Source: Candidatus Woesearchaeota archaeon
Lineage (GTDB): Archaea; Nanobdellota; Nanobdellia; Woesearchaeales; JAGVYF01
Assembly: GCA_041650315.1 (NCBI GenBank)
Contig: JBAZLJ010000001.1
Span: forward strand, 280,259-344,258
Length of the DNA: 64,000 nucleotides
Direction: 5' to 3'
The position numbers were made by a program, and so were the translations under genes. The notes under the pieces are model-generated. The model searched no databases, was not told the DNA's origin, and saw nothing but the letters and a program-made list of their open reading frames with translations. Below are positions 1 through 8,903 of this stretch, in pieces. How positions within the stretch are numbered: the first letter of the stretch is position 1; each line of letters starts with the position of its first letter.

Positions 1-152
1 AAGATCAATGAGTTTCTTTCTAGTGGCTTCATCTATGATTGCCTGAGCAGTTGCTGCCATACTCTAAATTGAGGCATCTCAAGTTTATATGGCTTTCTAA
101 GTGGCATATTGTGATAGATATATGCAGTATATGTATTACATACACGTAAAAA

Positions 153-394
153 GGGCGTGTCCAGAATGCTTGTTGATACAAGCCAATGTCGTACAAGAAC
201 TGCTTTGCAGTTCTGTGCACAGGAGTACTTAGTACTCCTTGTGCCTCACATCTATTTCTTTAATATAATCTGCAGAATAGATTCTGCTAATTATTTGTAG
301 ATTAAGTATGTTCAGTATAGACATTGGTTCTGTCAGAGCTGAAGCTCTGAGTATGCTCAAAGCCGTAGCTTTGACACATTCTGGACACGTCCCG
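153..394. mobile_element. MITE-like non-autonomous element, copy A (~241 bp). Terminal inverted repeats are GGGCGTGTCCAGAATG (153-168) and CATTCTGGACACGTCCC (377-393); it is flanked by TAAAAA on both sides (147-152 and 395-400). No ORF of its own.
   Basis: Ends are near-perfect reverse complements (16/17). Internal sequence is shared with 50886-51026 and 9339-9397. The six-frame ORFs 29..220(-) and 229..420(-) lie inside or across it and look spurious. Confidence 0.6.
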
Positions 395-461
395 TAAAAA
401 CAAATATTTTTAAACTGCATTTGCTAGAATAGTACTAGTTATCTTATAATAATACAAAAAG

Positions 462-1052
462 GTGAAATTCATGAAAAAAGAAATACTTCCTCCAAGCTTT
501 GGAGATGATTTGGTTTTAGGTTTGAAATATCCATGGAATCATGCCAAAAGGCAATGGAATATCCTTTGGGCATTAATCCCTATATTCGGTTGGTTCGCTT
601 TAGTCGGTTACGGCAAGAAAATCATACTTGAATTGGTTGCCGGTAGAAGAGAAGGGCTTCCTGCGTTCGGAGATTTCTGGAAGAACTTCCAGGAAGGAGT
701 CATGATATTCATATTCATGATCCCTACATTCTTGGCGATTGGATTCCTTAATGTGATTCCTATAGTAGGCAAATTGATAGCGTTTTTAGCGCATGCTTTC
801 CTTATGCCATGGTTGACAATCAATTTCATGGTCAAAGGCAAATTCGAGGCATTGTGGGAATTAGAGAAAGCATATAATGTAGTGTTCGGTAATGTGAAAG
901 AATATCTAGTGTTCCTTTTACAATCTGCGATATTCTGCACAGTGTATTGGTTTGCAAGCATGCTTTTGGTGGGCATACCTGGACTAGCGTTCGGCCATAT
1001 GTATTTCTTCACGCAGTTCTATCAAAAGCATCAGCTTAAACTGAAAAAATGA
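462..1052 (+). CDS. Hypothetical polytopic membrane protein
   Basis: 196 aa with several hydrophobic helices (e.g. ILWALIPIFGWFALVGY, VMIFIFMIPTFLAIGFL). No recognisable catalytic motif. Confidence 0.45.
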   Translation: MKFMKKEILPPSFGDDLVLGLKYPWNHAKRQWNILWALIPIFGWFALVGYGKKIILELVAGRREGLPAFGDFWKNFQEGVMIFIFMIPTFLAIGFLNVIPIVGKLIAFLAHAFLMPWLTINFMVKGKFEALWELEKAYNVVFGNVKEYLVFLLQSAIFCTVYWFASMLLVGIPGLAFGHMYFFTQFYQKHQLKLKK

Positions 1053-1306
1053 GGAAGTTAATCTCTTTTTTTCTTCTTTTTGTTTTAGTTCTTTTTTCTG
1101 GTTGCGGTGATGTTGTTGACGAGAAATCATGTTCTATTGATACAGATTGCGCATGCGGACGGCATGTTGTCTCCGGCGACTGCTTTTTCGGGAATTCTGC
1201 GTTCGTTGATGTGTCTGAGCAGTGCCCTGATTATTGTACGGGGATAGCTGCGCAATTCGCTATACAATGCGTAGATAAGAAGTGTGAACAAGTACGGATT
1301 AGATAA
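1049..1306 (+). CDS. Small Cys-rich lipoprotein-like secreted protein
   Basis: Start overlaps the upstream stop (ATGA). Signal peptide plus lipobox-like LFSGC. About 11 Cys in the mature ~65 aa. Confidence 0.35.
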   Translation: MRKLISFFLLFVLVLFSGCGDVVDEKSCSIDTDCACGRHVVSGDCFFGNSAFVDVSEQCPDYCTGIAAQFAIQCVDKKCEQVRIR

Positions 1307-1318
1307 ACATATTTTTCT

Positions 1319-2050
1319 TCAAAAGAATAATGTCATCAATACCGCGAGAATAATCATATTGCCAAAGTCTGCGATTGATGTTGTGATAGGTATCAAGAAG
1401 TTGTTAGGGTCTTCTTCATTCTGGAATAGTATTAATCCGCCTATAACTGATACTAAGAATAAAATTGTTATCAACACTCCTGTATCTATGAGCGCAATCA
1501 TCATGATCTTTATGCTGTATTCAAGGTTCATGCCATGGCCGGAATAATCCGATATCAATAATGCAAGCCCTCCGCTCATGGCTGCAGTAATCATCGATAT
1601 CAAGAACATCTGCAGGAACATTTTAACAAGGCCCTTTCTCCAAAATTCAGAATCTACTTTTTTCTGATGCAGCAATGTAGAGAATCTTGAAGAGATGACT
1701 GTTCCGTAGCTTCCGATCATGTTGTTCAAAGTTGGGAACATGATGACCAACGGCATTATCTCCATGAACAATACTTTTATTTCTTCTAATGCAAGTCCAC
1801 CAAGAGAGCTCAATAGGCAAGCAAATGCTAATATACCTATACTTTCCATGATTATGACTTTGATTATATGCGAATGAGGGCCATATTCCTTAATGTAGAA
1901 TAATGTTTTTTTAGAAATGTTATATTTGGTGTGGACTTTGTTCAGGATAGGGTGGTGCTTATGTCTTTTTATCTTAGTCACATTAAGAATATGTTTCTGG
2001 AAAAGCCTTTTCTTTTCGTAGTTCCAAAGATGATTATAGTATTCTTTCAT
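1319..2050 (-). CDS. MgtE/SLC41-type divalent cation transporter membrane domain protein (no cytosolic N-domain/CBS domains)
   Basis: C-terminal helix carries the MgtE signature EDPNNFLIPITTSIADFGN (D-P-[DN]-N...P..T...D..G). Five or more TM helices. Confidence 0.55.
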   Translation of the reverse strand: MKEYYNHLWNYEKKRLFQKHILNVTKIKRHKHHPILNKVHTKYNISKKTLFYIKEYGPHSHIIKVIIMESIGILAFACLLSSLGGLALEEIKVLFMEIMPLVIMFPTLNNMIGSYGTVISSRFSTLLHQKKVDSEFWRKGLVKMFLQMFLISMITAAMSGGLALLISDYSGHGMNLEYSIKIMMIALIDTGVLITILFLVSVIGGLILFQNEEDPNNFLIPITTSIADFGNMIILAVLMTLFF

Positions 2051-2051
2051 T

Positions 2052-2594
2052 TTATAAGATTAATAATGCGACCAATAATGATAGTATGCCCACCACATCG
2101 CCAACTGCTGTTATAAACGGCCCTATTATGTTGTTAGGGTCATGGCCTTTCTTGAAAAGATATAATATAGATACGAGCGTTAATGGAATTTCGATACCAT
2201 TCGATATGATTCCGGCTATCAATGGTATGATTATGATTGTGGGATAGTATAATCCCATCAAGTAATAATTGAATGTGAATGCTATCAATCCTAGCATAAT
2301 AGATACTAAGATTCCTAGGAGGAATGAGGCTATAATATTTCCTTTGATTATCTTGGTCTTCATTCGGTTAGGTTTTATTATATGCAGGAATAGTCCCGAA
2401 GTTATTCTTGATGAGAAAGACCCAGCTATGTTGTTGCGCATTTCCAAGAAACCTGGAATCATTATGAGCATGCCAGGGATTATAAGAAGATTATCTTCAT
2501 ATATGGCTAATATAGTGCCAGCTATAATTCCGCCTATTATGCTGAACATCTGAGTGCCTAATATTTCAGTGAAATCTTTATCAAAAAATGCCAT
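2052..2594 (-). CDS. MgtE/SLC41-type divalent cation transporter membrane domain protein (paralog of the gene immediately downstream)
   Basis: GHDPNNIIGPFITAVGDVVGI signature in the last helix. Polytopic. Only a 1-bp gap to the neighbouring MgtE-TM gene. Confidence 0.55.
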   Translation of the reverse strand: MAFFDKDFTEILGTQMFSIIGGIIAGTILAIYEDNLLIIPGMLIMIPGFLEMRNNIAGSFSSRITSGLFLHIIKPNRMKTKIIKGNIIASFLLGILVSIMLGLIAFTFNYYLMGLYYPTIIIIPLIAGIISNGIEIPLTLVSILYLFKKGHDPNNIIGPFITAVGDVVGILSLLVALLIL

Positions 2595-2749
2595 CTGTAA
2601 ATATACTGAATTCTATAATATATTAATGTTTTGAATATGCATATTGATTTTATTGATTACAAATATTTATATATTGAAACTGCCTGAATTTAGATGTATT
2701 AATAACATAATATAACATAATATATTATAATTATAGGGTGTGATAGAAT

Positions 2750-3100
2750 ATGCCAAAAACAATAATGGTTGTTGATGATGAGCCGGATATCCGCGCTACA
2801 GTAAAAACAGTTCTTGAGAAGAATGGTTTCAAAGTCATTACCGCAGTAAATGGCGATGATTGCCTTGATAAGCTGAAGAAAGAGAAACCTGATCTGATAC
2901 TTCTTGACATAATGATGCCGGGGACTCCTGTCAAAGAGATTGTGCCTAAGATTAAGGGCAAAATCGCATATCTGACTGTTGTCAGAGTGACTGAAGCGGA
3001 GAAAGAGCAACTTTTGAAAAATAAGAATATAGTAGATTTCATACAGAAGCCTTTCGATATCAAAGACTTAGTGAAAAGAGTGACTAAATTAACTTCATGA
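2750..3100 (+). CDS. Stand-alone response regulator receiver (CheY-like REC) domain protein
   Basis: MVVDDEPDIR...LILLDIMMPG...K. Conserved acidic pocket (DD), phospho-acceptor Asp in LLDIMMP, and conserved Lys. 116 aa. Confidence 0.85.
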   Translation: MPKTIMVVDDEPDIRATVKTVLEKNGFKVITAVNGDDCLDKLKKEKPDLILLDIMMPGTPVKEIVPKIKGKIAYLTVVRVTEAEKEQLLKNKNIVDFIQKPFDIKDLVKRVTKLTS

Positions 3101-3639
3101 GATTGGTTGAAATGGATATTACTAAAGAATTGAAGGACAATCAGGTTGTGCTTTTGCTAGTTGAGGGATTGGAGTACAATGATCTTTCTTTGAAAGTGGC
3201 TAAAGAACTTTTCGGCAAGAAAGTGTGCTATGTGACTCTGAACAAGACGTGCCCTTCGATTATCGAGAACTTTTCGAAAGCGAATATAAAAACTAAGGGT
3301 GTGACGTTTGTTGATGCAATTTCCAAAACTATTACCGGCAGGCCTAAGGCAGTTGACTCTTGCATGTATCTCAGTTCGCCAGGAGCATTGACTGAGTTGT
3401 CAATAGCAATCACTGAATTCATAAGGGAAGGATATGATTATATCATCTTTGATTCATTGACTAATTTGCTGATATACCAGGGCAAAGGGCCTGTCGCTAA
3501 ATTCGTCGCTAATCTGATCACTAAGATAAAAGCCAGCAAGACTCGCGCTGTGTTTTATGCACTTAAAGTCGATCAGCATCAAGAGCTTATACAGGAAGCG
3601 TCCATGTTTGTAGATAAAGTTGTGGATGCGAGCAAATAA
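3097..3639 (+). CDS. KaiC/RecA-fold (COG0467-like) protein with degenerate Walker A
   Basis: Start overlaps the REC gene stop (ATGA). The layout VVLLLVEGLEYNDL...DYIIFDSLTNLL resembles the KaiC/RadA-like core, but the GxxxxGK[ST] P-loop is replaced by EGLEYNDL. Family call is by pattern only. Confidence 0.4.
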   Translation: MRLVEMDITKELKDNQVVLLLVEGLEYNDLSLKVAKELFGKKVCYVTLNKTCPSIIENFSKANIKTKGVTFVDAISKTITGRPKAVDSCMYLSSPGALTELSIAITEFIREGYDYIIFDSLTNLLIYQGKGPVAKFVANLITKIKASKTRAVFYALKVDQHQELIQEASMFVDKVVDASK

Positions 3640-3691
3640 TCTCAATCATATCAGTATCGGGAAAGATTTTGTTTCCCATAATCAGTTTAAC

Positions 3692-5866
3692 ATGAAAGAG
3701 CAACCGAAAAAAGAGGGAGTTGATTCAAGTAGGTCTTTTTCTAGATTTTATTTCAGCAAATTGAATATTAAATTATTCATGATAGCTTTCATGTTTTTAA
3801 TTCTCGCAATATCTTCTTTTGGGATAGTCATCTATTATGTGGTCATTGATTCATTGAGTTTTCAGATACAATCTGAATTAGAATTGGCGGCCACTTTGAC
3901 TTCCAATCATGTAATAACCTATTTCGATGAAAAGACTGAGCTTATCAAGCTGATAACCAGTAGAACGCAGTTGAGGCGGGATTTGAATAATTATATTTCT
4001 GCTCCGAATCAGGATTTATACAATGAGATTGTGCTAAAACTTAAGGATTCTAAAGGGTCGATTGAGGAAATACAAAATCTTTGCTTCATCAATATGGGAG
4101 GCATTGTAGATGCCTGCAGTGATAATAGTATCACCGGAACTGATTTTTCTCAAGAAAGATTTTTTTCACAAGGCAAAATTTCAGAAGGCAGTTATTTCTT
4201 TAAAAATTCAGGCAATTGGAATATTGTGATTTCCGGTCCGATATATGAAAATAATCAGATATTGGGCGTCGTAATAGTAGTGTATGGTTTGCAAGAGCTT
4301 GGTGATATCATCACAGAAAGAGCTGGATTAGGGGAGACTGGTGAAGTATTGATTGCATTCAATGATAATAATGGGCAGACCATATATCCTTTGCCAAGGC
4401 GTTTTGAGAATGATGCGGTATCTATGAATTTTGTGGGATTACCGATGCAAGCTGCTCTAAATAAAGAATCTACTTTTTTTAAGAAAACCTATGATTACAG
4501 GGATGTGCAGGTGATTGCGGCTACTAAATATATTGACAGCGTTAAATTAGGATTGGTATCAAAAATAGATTATGCTGAAGCCATTCTGCCGGTACGTGAC
4601 AGACTTATTATTCTTTTCGTCAGAGTTAGCTTAATCTTAGTTCTGGTCTTGACATTGCTTTTCTTTTTAATATCTCTACGTATAATTAAACCTATACATG
4701 AGTTGATATCCGCTGCTGAAAGGTTGAAGAACAATGATTTCAAAGTTCATTTGAATATCAAGACTGATGATGAGCTTGAGCAGTTAGCGGGGACTTTTAA
4801 TACTACTGCAGAGATACTTGATAATCTTGAGAATGAAAGAAAACAGATTGATAAGGCGAAGACTGAGTTCTTGTCAATCACGTCGCATGAATTGCGAAGT
4901 CCGATGACGCCGATGAGGGCGCAATTGCAAATGGTGCTCGGTGATTATTTCGGGAAACTTAATGCTGAACAGAGGAATGCGCTTGAGATTGTGCTGAACA
5001 ATACTGAACGTCTTGACAAGATAATCGTCGATTTCCTTGAGATCTCGCGTATTGAGGCTGCTCGTTTGAAATTCAATTTCGTGAAAGCTGATTTAACTAA
5101 AATGATAAATCTTGTTGTTGAAGAAGTTAAATCATTTATGCCTGAGAAGAAACTTCGGATTGAGTTGGATGTCGGCAGATTGCCCATTATTGAATGCGAT
5201 CCTGACCGTGTATCACAAGTACTGCGTAATCTTTTGACAAATTCTATTAAATTCTCGCATCAGAACGGGCGTGTTTTAGTGTCTGTGAAGCACACAGATG
5301 GAATGATTCAGTTTAGCGTGAAAGATGAGGGTGTAGGCATATCCGAGAAAGATCAGAAGCATCTTTTCGAGCCGTTCTTCCAAGTCGAGAATATGTATCA
5401 GCATAAATCCGGCGGTACTGGTCTAGGGCTTGCTATCTGTAAGGGCATTGTAGAGAGTCAGAACGGGAGGATTTGGCTTGTTTCTCAAGAAGGCAAAGGA
5501 ACTGTTTTTAATTTCACTGTGCCGTTGAAACCAGTGCATGAGATTAAGGCCATAAAGATTTTGTTCTCGAACGGACAGAAGACGGATGAGCTCGTCAAAA
5601 ATTTATTTATTGAATATATCGGGCCATTAGGTGAACGTGAATTCGAGGAATTGCAGAAAAGCAAAGGGATTACTTATGAATCTGTGCATCAATATATATC
5701 GGATTTAGCCAAGAAAGGAATACTTATGAAAGAGAATTCCGAAGAATTTAAAAGCAAGATTGCTATGGTATTTGGCAGAGAAGAAAAAGAGGTTAAGAAA
5801 TTGAAAAAGAAAGAGAGATTGACTTTGCCTCAACAGGAGGTAGCTGAGTTTTTCAGCAAAAACTAA
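3692..5866 (+). CDS. Sensor histidine kinase: N-terminal TM, extracytoplasmic Cache-like sensor, second TM, HAMP, HisKA (H-box ITSHELRSP), HATPase_c (GGTGLGLAICKGIVE), plus an extra C-terminal ~115 aa module
   Basis: H-box SHELRSPMTPM. N-box LRNLLTNSIKFS. G-boxes DEGVGI and GGTGLGL. Two TM segments flank a ~270 aa periplasmic-type domain. The ORF is open from 3620 (MWMRANN...) but ATG 3692 (MKEQPKKEG) avoids overlap with the upstream gene. Confidence 0.85.
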   Translation: MKEQPKKEGVDSSRSFSRFYFSKLNIKLFMIAFMFLILAISSFGIVIYYVVIDSLSFQIQSELELAATLTSNHVITYFDEKTELIKLITSRTQLRRDLNNYISAPNQDLYNEIVLKLKDSKGSIEEIQNLCFINMGGIVDACSDNSITGTDFSQERFFSQGKISEGSYFFKNSGNWNIVISGPIYENNQILGVVIVVYGLQELGDIITERAGLGETGEVLIAFNDNNGQTIYPLPRRFENDAVSMNFVGLPMQAALNKESTFFKKTYDYRDVQVIAATKYIDSVKLGLVSKIDYAEAILPVRDRLIILFVRVSLILVLVLTLLFFLISLRIIKPIHELISAAERLKNNDFKVHLNIKTDDELEQLAGTFNTTAEILDNLENERKQIDKAKTEFLSITSHELRSPMTPMRAQLQMVLGDYFGKLNAEQRNALEIVLNNTERLDKIIVDFLEISRIEAARLKFNFVKADLTKMINLVVEEVKSFMPEKKLRIELDVGRLPIIECDPDRVSQVLRNLLTNSIKFSHQNGRVLVSVKHTDGMIQFSVKDEGVGISEKDQKHLFEPFFQVENMYQHKSGGTGLGLAICKGIVESQNGRIWLVSQEGKGTVFNFTVPLKPVHEIKAIKILFSNGQKTDELVKNLFIEYIGPLGEREFEELQKSKGITYESVHQYISDLAKKGILMKENSEEFKSKIAMVFGREEKEVKKLKKKERLTLPQQEVAEFFSKN

Positions 5867-6618
5867 TGGCAGAATTATCATTATATTTAGCTAATCTAAC
5901 AGGTATATTCTCTATAATCACAGCTATACTAGGGATACGCCTTATTCTGGCTATTCTTTCTAAGAAGAAGAGTCCTATCCAAAGAACAATTCATATCATA
6001 TTTGGATTATTAGTGATAAGTTTTATATCATGGGCTTCAGCTGAGACGATATGGGCAATTTTATCTATTATGGGAATAGATCCGGCATTCGGAATTGCCG
6101 AATACTTTTATTTATTCGGTTATTTATGCTCCGCAATAGCTTTAATCTATTTCGCTAAAATAAATCTTTCCCATTCAGCTTTTGAAGAGATTTTCTCAGT
6201 TTCTGTAATCGGTGGCTTGTTCATATTATTCGCGTTATTCTCAGTAAACTTTGTAGTCTCGGGTTATGTGGAGAAATTGCCGGCATTAGAGATGTTTCTA
6301 AGCTATTTTTATCCAATAGGTAGCGCTATTTTATTTGCGCTTTCTTCAACTGTGTATATTTTCTTTCGTAAGATAAAAATTATTGAGATACCATTGATTC
6401 TCATAGCTGCGGGATACATATTCAATTTTGTAGGGGATCTTGGATATACATATTATTCATTGAGAGAAATTTATGGCACAATAGGCATAATTTCAGATAT
6501 TTGTTTTATGATTCAATATCTTTTAGTAGCTAAGGCATTCTGCTTATTAATATCATCATTATCAAATGGAAATTGCGGATTCAATATAAAATCAAAGACT
6601 AAAAATGAAACAGAATGA
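5866..6618 (+). CDS. Hypothetical 7-TM integral membrane protein (possible sensor-associated membrane module)
   Basis: 250 aa and almost entirely hydrophobic helices. Start overlaps the kinase stop; its own stop overlaps the next gene's start. Confidence 0.4.
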   Translation: MAELSLYLANLTGIFSIITAILGIRLILAILSKKKSPIQRTIHIIFGLLVISFISWASAETIWAILSIMGIDPAFGIAEYFYLFGYLCSAIALIYFAKINLSHSAFEEIFSVSVIGGLFILFALFSVNFVVSGYVEKLPALEMFLSYFYPIGSAILFALSSTVYIFFRKIKIIEIPLILIAAGYIFNFVGDLGYTYYSLREIYGTIGIISDICFMIQYLLVAKAFCLLISSLSNGNCGFNIKSKTKNETE

Positions 6619-8899
6619 ACAAATAATCGGCGGATTGATTGGGATTGTTTTTGTCGCAGCTATCTTAGTTATGATTGGATGGATATTCGGAGTAGATACT
6701 CTAAAAAGCATTGTTCCCGGTTTCGTGACAATGAAGTTCTCCACAGCAGTCGCGTTCTTAATAGTGGGATTAATATTGCTGGGAATGTCAAATTTATTAG
6801 ATATATCTTATTTGTATAAAGGCGTATTTTTCTTTTCAACACTATTATTGATATTCATGGGATATATGCTGGTAACTTCTCTATTGGGTTTAACTAGCGG
6901 CATCGAAAATCTAGTTGTGGAAGAAGCAGCAGGTGCATTGAAAACCAGCAAGCCCGGCATGCCTTCGGCAGCGACCATGCTTAATTTCGTTCTTATCGCA
7001 GTCGCTGGACTGATTTCATTATCTTCATATAAACAGAAGGGATTCAGAATAATTTCTGTGATTGTCGGATTATTGGGTGTAAGCAGTGTGCTAGGATATA
7101 TCTCAAACAGCCCTTCATTGTATTTCTATATCGAAGGGATTAGCTCTGCGATGGCGCTTCATACGGCTTTCTTATTCGTGTTCATAGGGATTGCCATATA
7201 TCTTCTTTCAGGACTAGTTTCTGAGAAAAATAATATACAGATAGGCACTGAGATTTTCTTAGGGTTCTTTTCAATTGTAGTATTGATGGTATTCATGATA
7301 GGATTGAGCTCTCAGATCAATACTCAGAGGCTTGAGAATACTCAGATGATAAGGGATGTCGAAGCTCCTTTGGAACTGATGGTTGAACAAGTCAGGGGGT
7401 ATGATGCCATACTCACTAGTGCTGCACACGAATCTTTATTGCATGCACAAAAAGGCGAATTCAATTATGCTAGGCAGCATAAAGTCAAATATGATGAAAC
7501 CAGCGCTAAATTGGATACCCTTCTTAAGTTCAATGCCCCAAAGCTGCTTGCAAAAAGTTTTAGACCGCAGATTGATAAGGATAAAGTAATCGAGATATTG
7601 AATGAACTGGATATTGTGAATATTGAATTGGTTGATTTAGAGATGCGTGCATTTGAAGCTATCGAGAATAAGGACACCGAATCGGCATATTCATTGATTG
7701 TTTCTGAACAATACTCTGAATCTAAGGAAAGGCTTGTTAATTTATACAATGAATGGGTAGCAATTGAAATAAGAACGACTTCTGAGCTTAGAGCTAAGAT
7801 TATAGATGAATCCAATCAGTTAGATTCGCTTAATTTTTATTTTTCAATAATTGTAGTGATATTCGCATTGATATTCTCGATATTCATGACATTGTCTTTA
7901 ACCAGGCCTATCAAAAGATTGGAAAATGAAGTGATTGAGATATCTAAAGGAAAACTGGATCTGCAACTTAGTAAAAGCAATCTTGAAGAAGTGCAAAATT
8001 TATCTGATTCATTGAGCAGGATATTGGCTACCATGAAGCTTGCTGTACTTAGGACCGGACTAACTAAAGCTGAACTTGGTTTTGAGGAAATTGTGAAGGC
8101 GAAGGAAGAAATTGAAAAAAAATATAAGATATTGTTTGACGTTTCTCAGGATGCGATTATGACTATTGCGCCGCCTAAATGGAATTTCACTTCTGGAAAT
8201 CCTGCGACTTTGAAAATGTTTAACATCAATAGTGAGAAGCAGTTGGCATTATTGAATCCAGCAGAATTATCTCCTGAAAGGCAACCTGATGGCCAGCTTT
8301 CATCAGCAAAAGCTAAAAAGATGATTGATATTGCCGTGAAAAAAGGTTCTAATTTCTTTGAATGGACGCATAAGAGATACAAAGGCGAGAATTTCGCAGC
8401 CAATGTTTTGTTGAGCAAAGTCAATGAGGACGGGGAAACCTATCTCCAAGCTACTGTGAGAGATTTATCTAATACAATAATCGGAGAACAGAAATTTAAA
8501 ATACTCATAGAGAGTATGGATGATGCAGTTTATTTGCACGGATTTGAACCTGACGGAAAGCCTACTAATTTCATCGATGTCAATTCTGCGGCATGCAAGA
8601 GGATGGGTTATACTCGCGCAGAATTCCTTAAGATGAGTCCTATGAAATTGGATTCGCCTAAAGGTGCAAAGAACATACCTAAAATAATGAAAATTTTGTT
8701 ATCCACTGGCAAAGCATTGTTTGAAGGAGAGCATATCACTAAGAAAGGTAAGACAATACCTGTCGAGATAAATAGCAGTATCTTGAATATCGCAGGGAAG
8801 AAGTATGTGCTTTCTATCGCGAGAGACATCTCTGGGCGTAAATCCGGCGGATATATCAAGCTGAATACTAACGGAAGAACTGAAAAGTATATGATGTGA
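6605..8899 (+). CDS. Membrane-bound PAS sensor protein: ~7 TM N-terminal domain, HAMP-like linker, two PAS domains, no kinase/MCP/GGDEF output
   Basis: TM region extends to ~aa 235. A second TM lies at ~aa 400, followed by RPIKRLENEVIEISKGKLDLQ (HAMP-like). PAS-like blocks are KYKILFDVSQDAIMTIAP... and KFKILIESMDDAVYLHGFEPDG...KRMGYTRAEFLKM. No H-box or ATPase motifs. Confidence 0.6.
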   Translation: MKQNEQIIGGLIGIVFVAAILVMIGWIFGVDTLKSIVPGFVTMKFSTAVAFLIVGLILLGMSNLLDISYLYKGVFFFSTLLLIFMGYMLVTSLLGLTSGIENLVVEEAAGALKTSKPGMPSAATMLNFVLIAVAGLISLSSYKQKGFRIISVIVGLLGVSSVLGYISNSPSLYFYIEGISSAMALHTAFLFVFIGIAIYLLSGLVSEKNNIQIGTEIFLGFFSIVVLMVFMIGLSSQINTQRLENTQMIRDVEAPLELMVEQVRGYDAILTSAAHESLLHAQKGEFNYARQHKVKYDETSAKLDTLLKFNAPKLLAKSFRPQIDKDKVIEILNELDIVNIELVDLEMRAFEAIENKDTESAYSLIVSEQYSESKERLVNLYNEWVAIEIRTTSELRAKIIDESNQLDSLNFYFSIIVVIFALIFSIFMTLSLTRPIKRLENEVIEISKGKLDLQLSKSNLEEVQNLSDSLSRILATMKLAVLRTGLTKAELGFEEIVKAKEEIEKKYKILFDVSQDAIMTIAPPKWNFTSGNPATLKMFNINSEKQLALLNPAELSPERQPDGQLSSAKAKKMIDIAVKKGSNFFEWTHKRYKGENFAANVLLSKVNEDGETYLQATVRDLSNTIIGEQKFKILIESMDDAVYLHGFEPDGKPTNFIDVNSAACKRMGYTRAEFLKMSPMKLDSPKGAKNIPKIMKILLSTGKALFEGEHITKKGKTIPVEINSSILNIAGKKYVLSIARDISGRKSGGYIKLNTNGRTEKYMM

Positions 8900-8903
8900 T
8901 AAT

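Noticed and set aside
29-420. Two 63-aa ORFs on the minus strand (29..220, 229..420)
   Set aside because: They lie within or across the MITE-like element. They have no start context and low-complexity translations. Treated as spurious.
608-1012. 134-aa antisense ORF inside the 462-1052 membrane-protein gene
   Set aside because: Fully embedded antisense ORF with no motif. Typical six-frame noise in AT-rich DNA.
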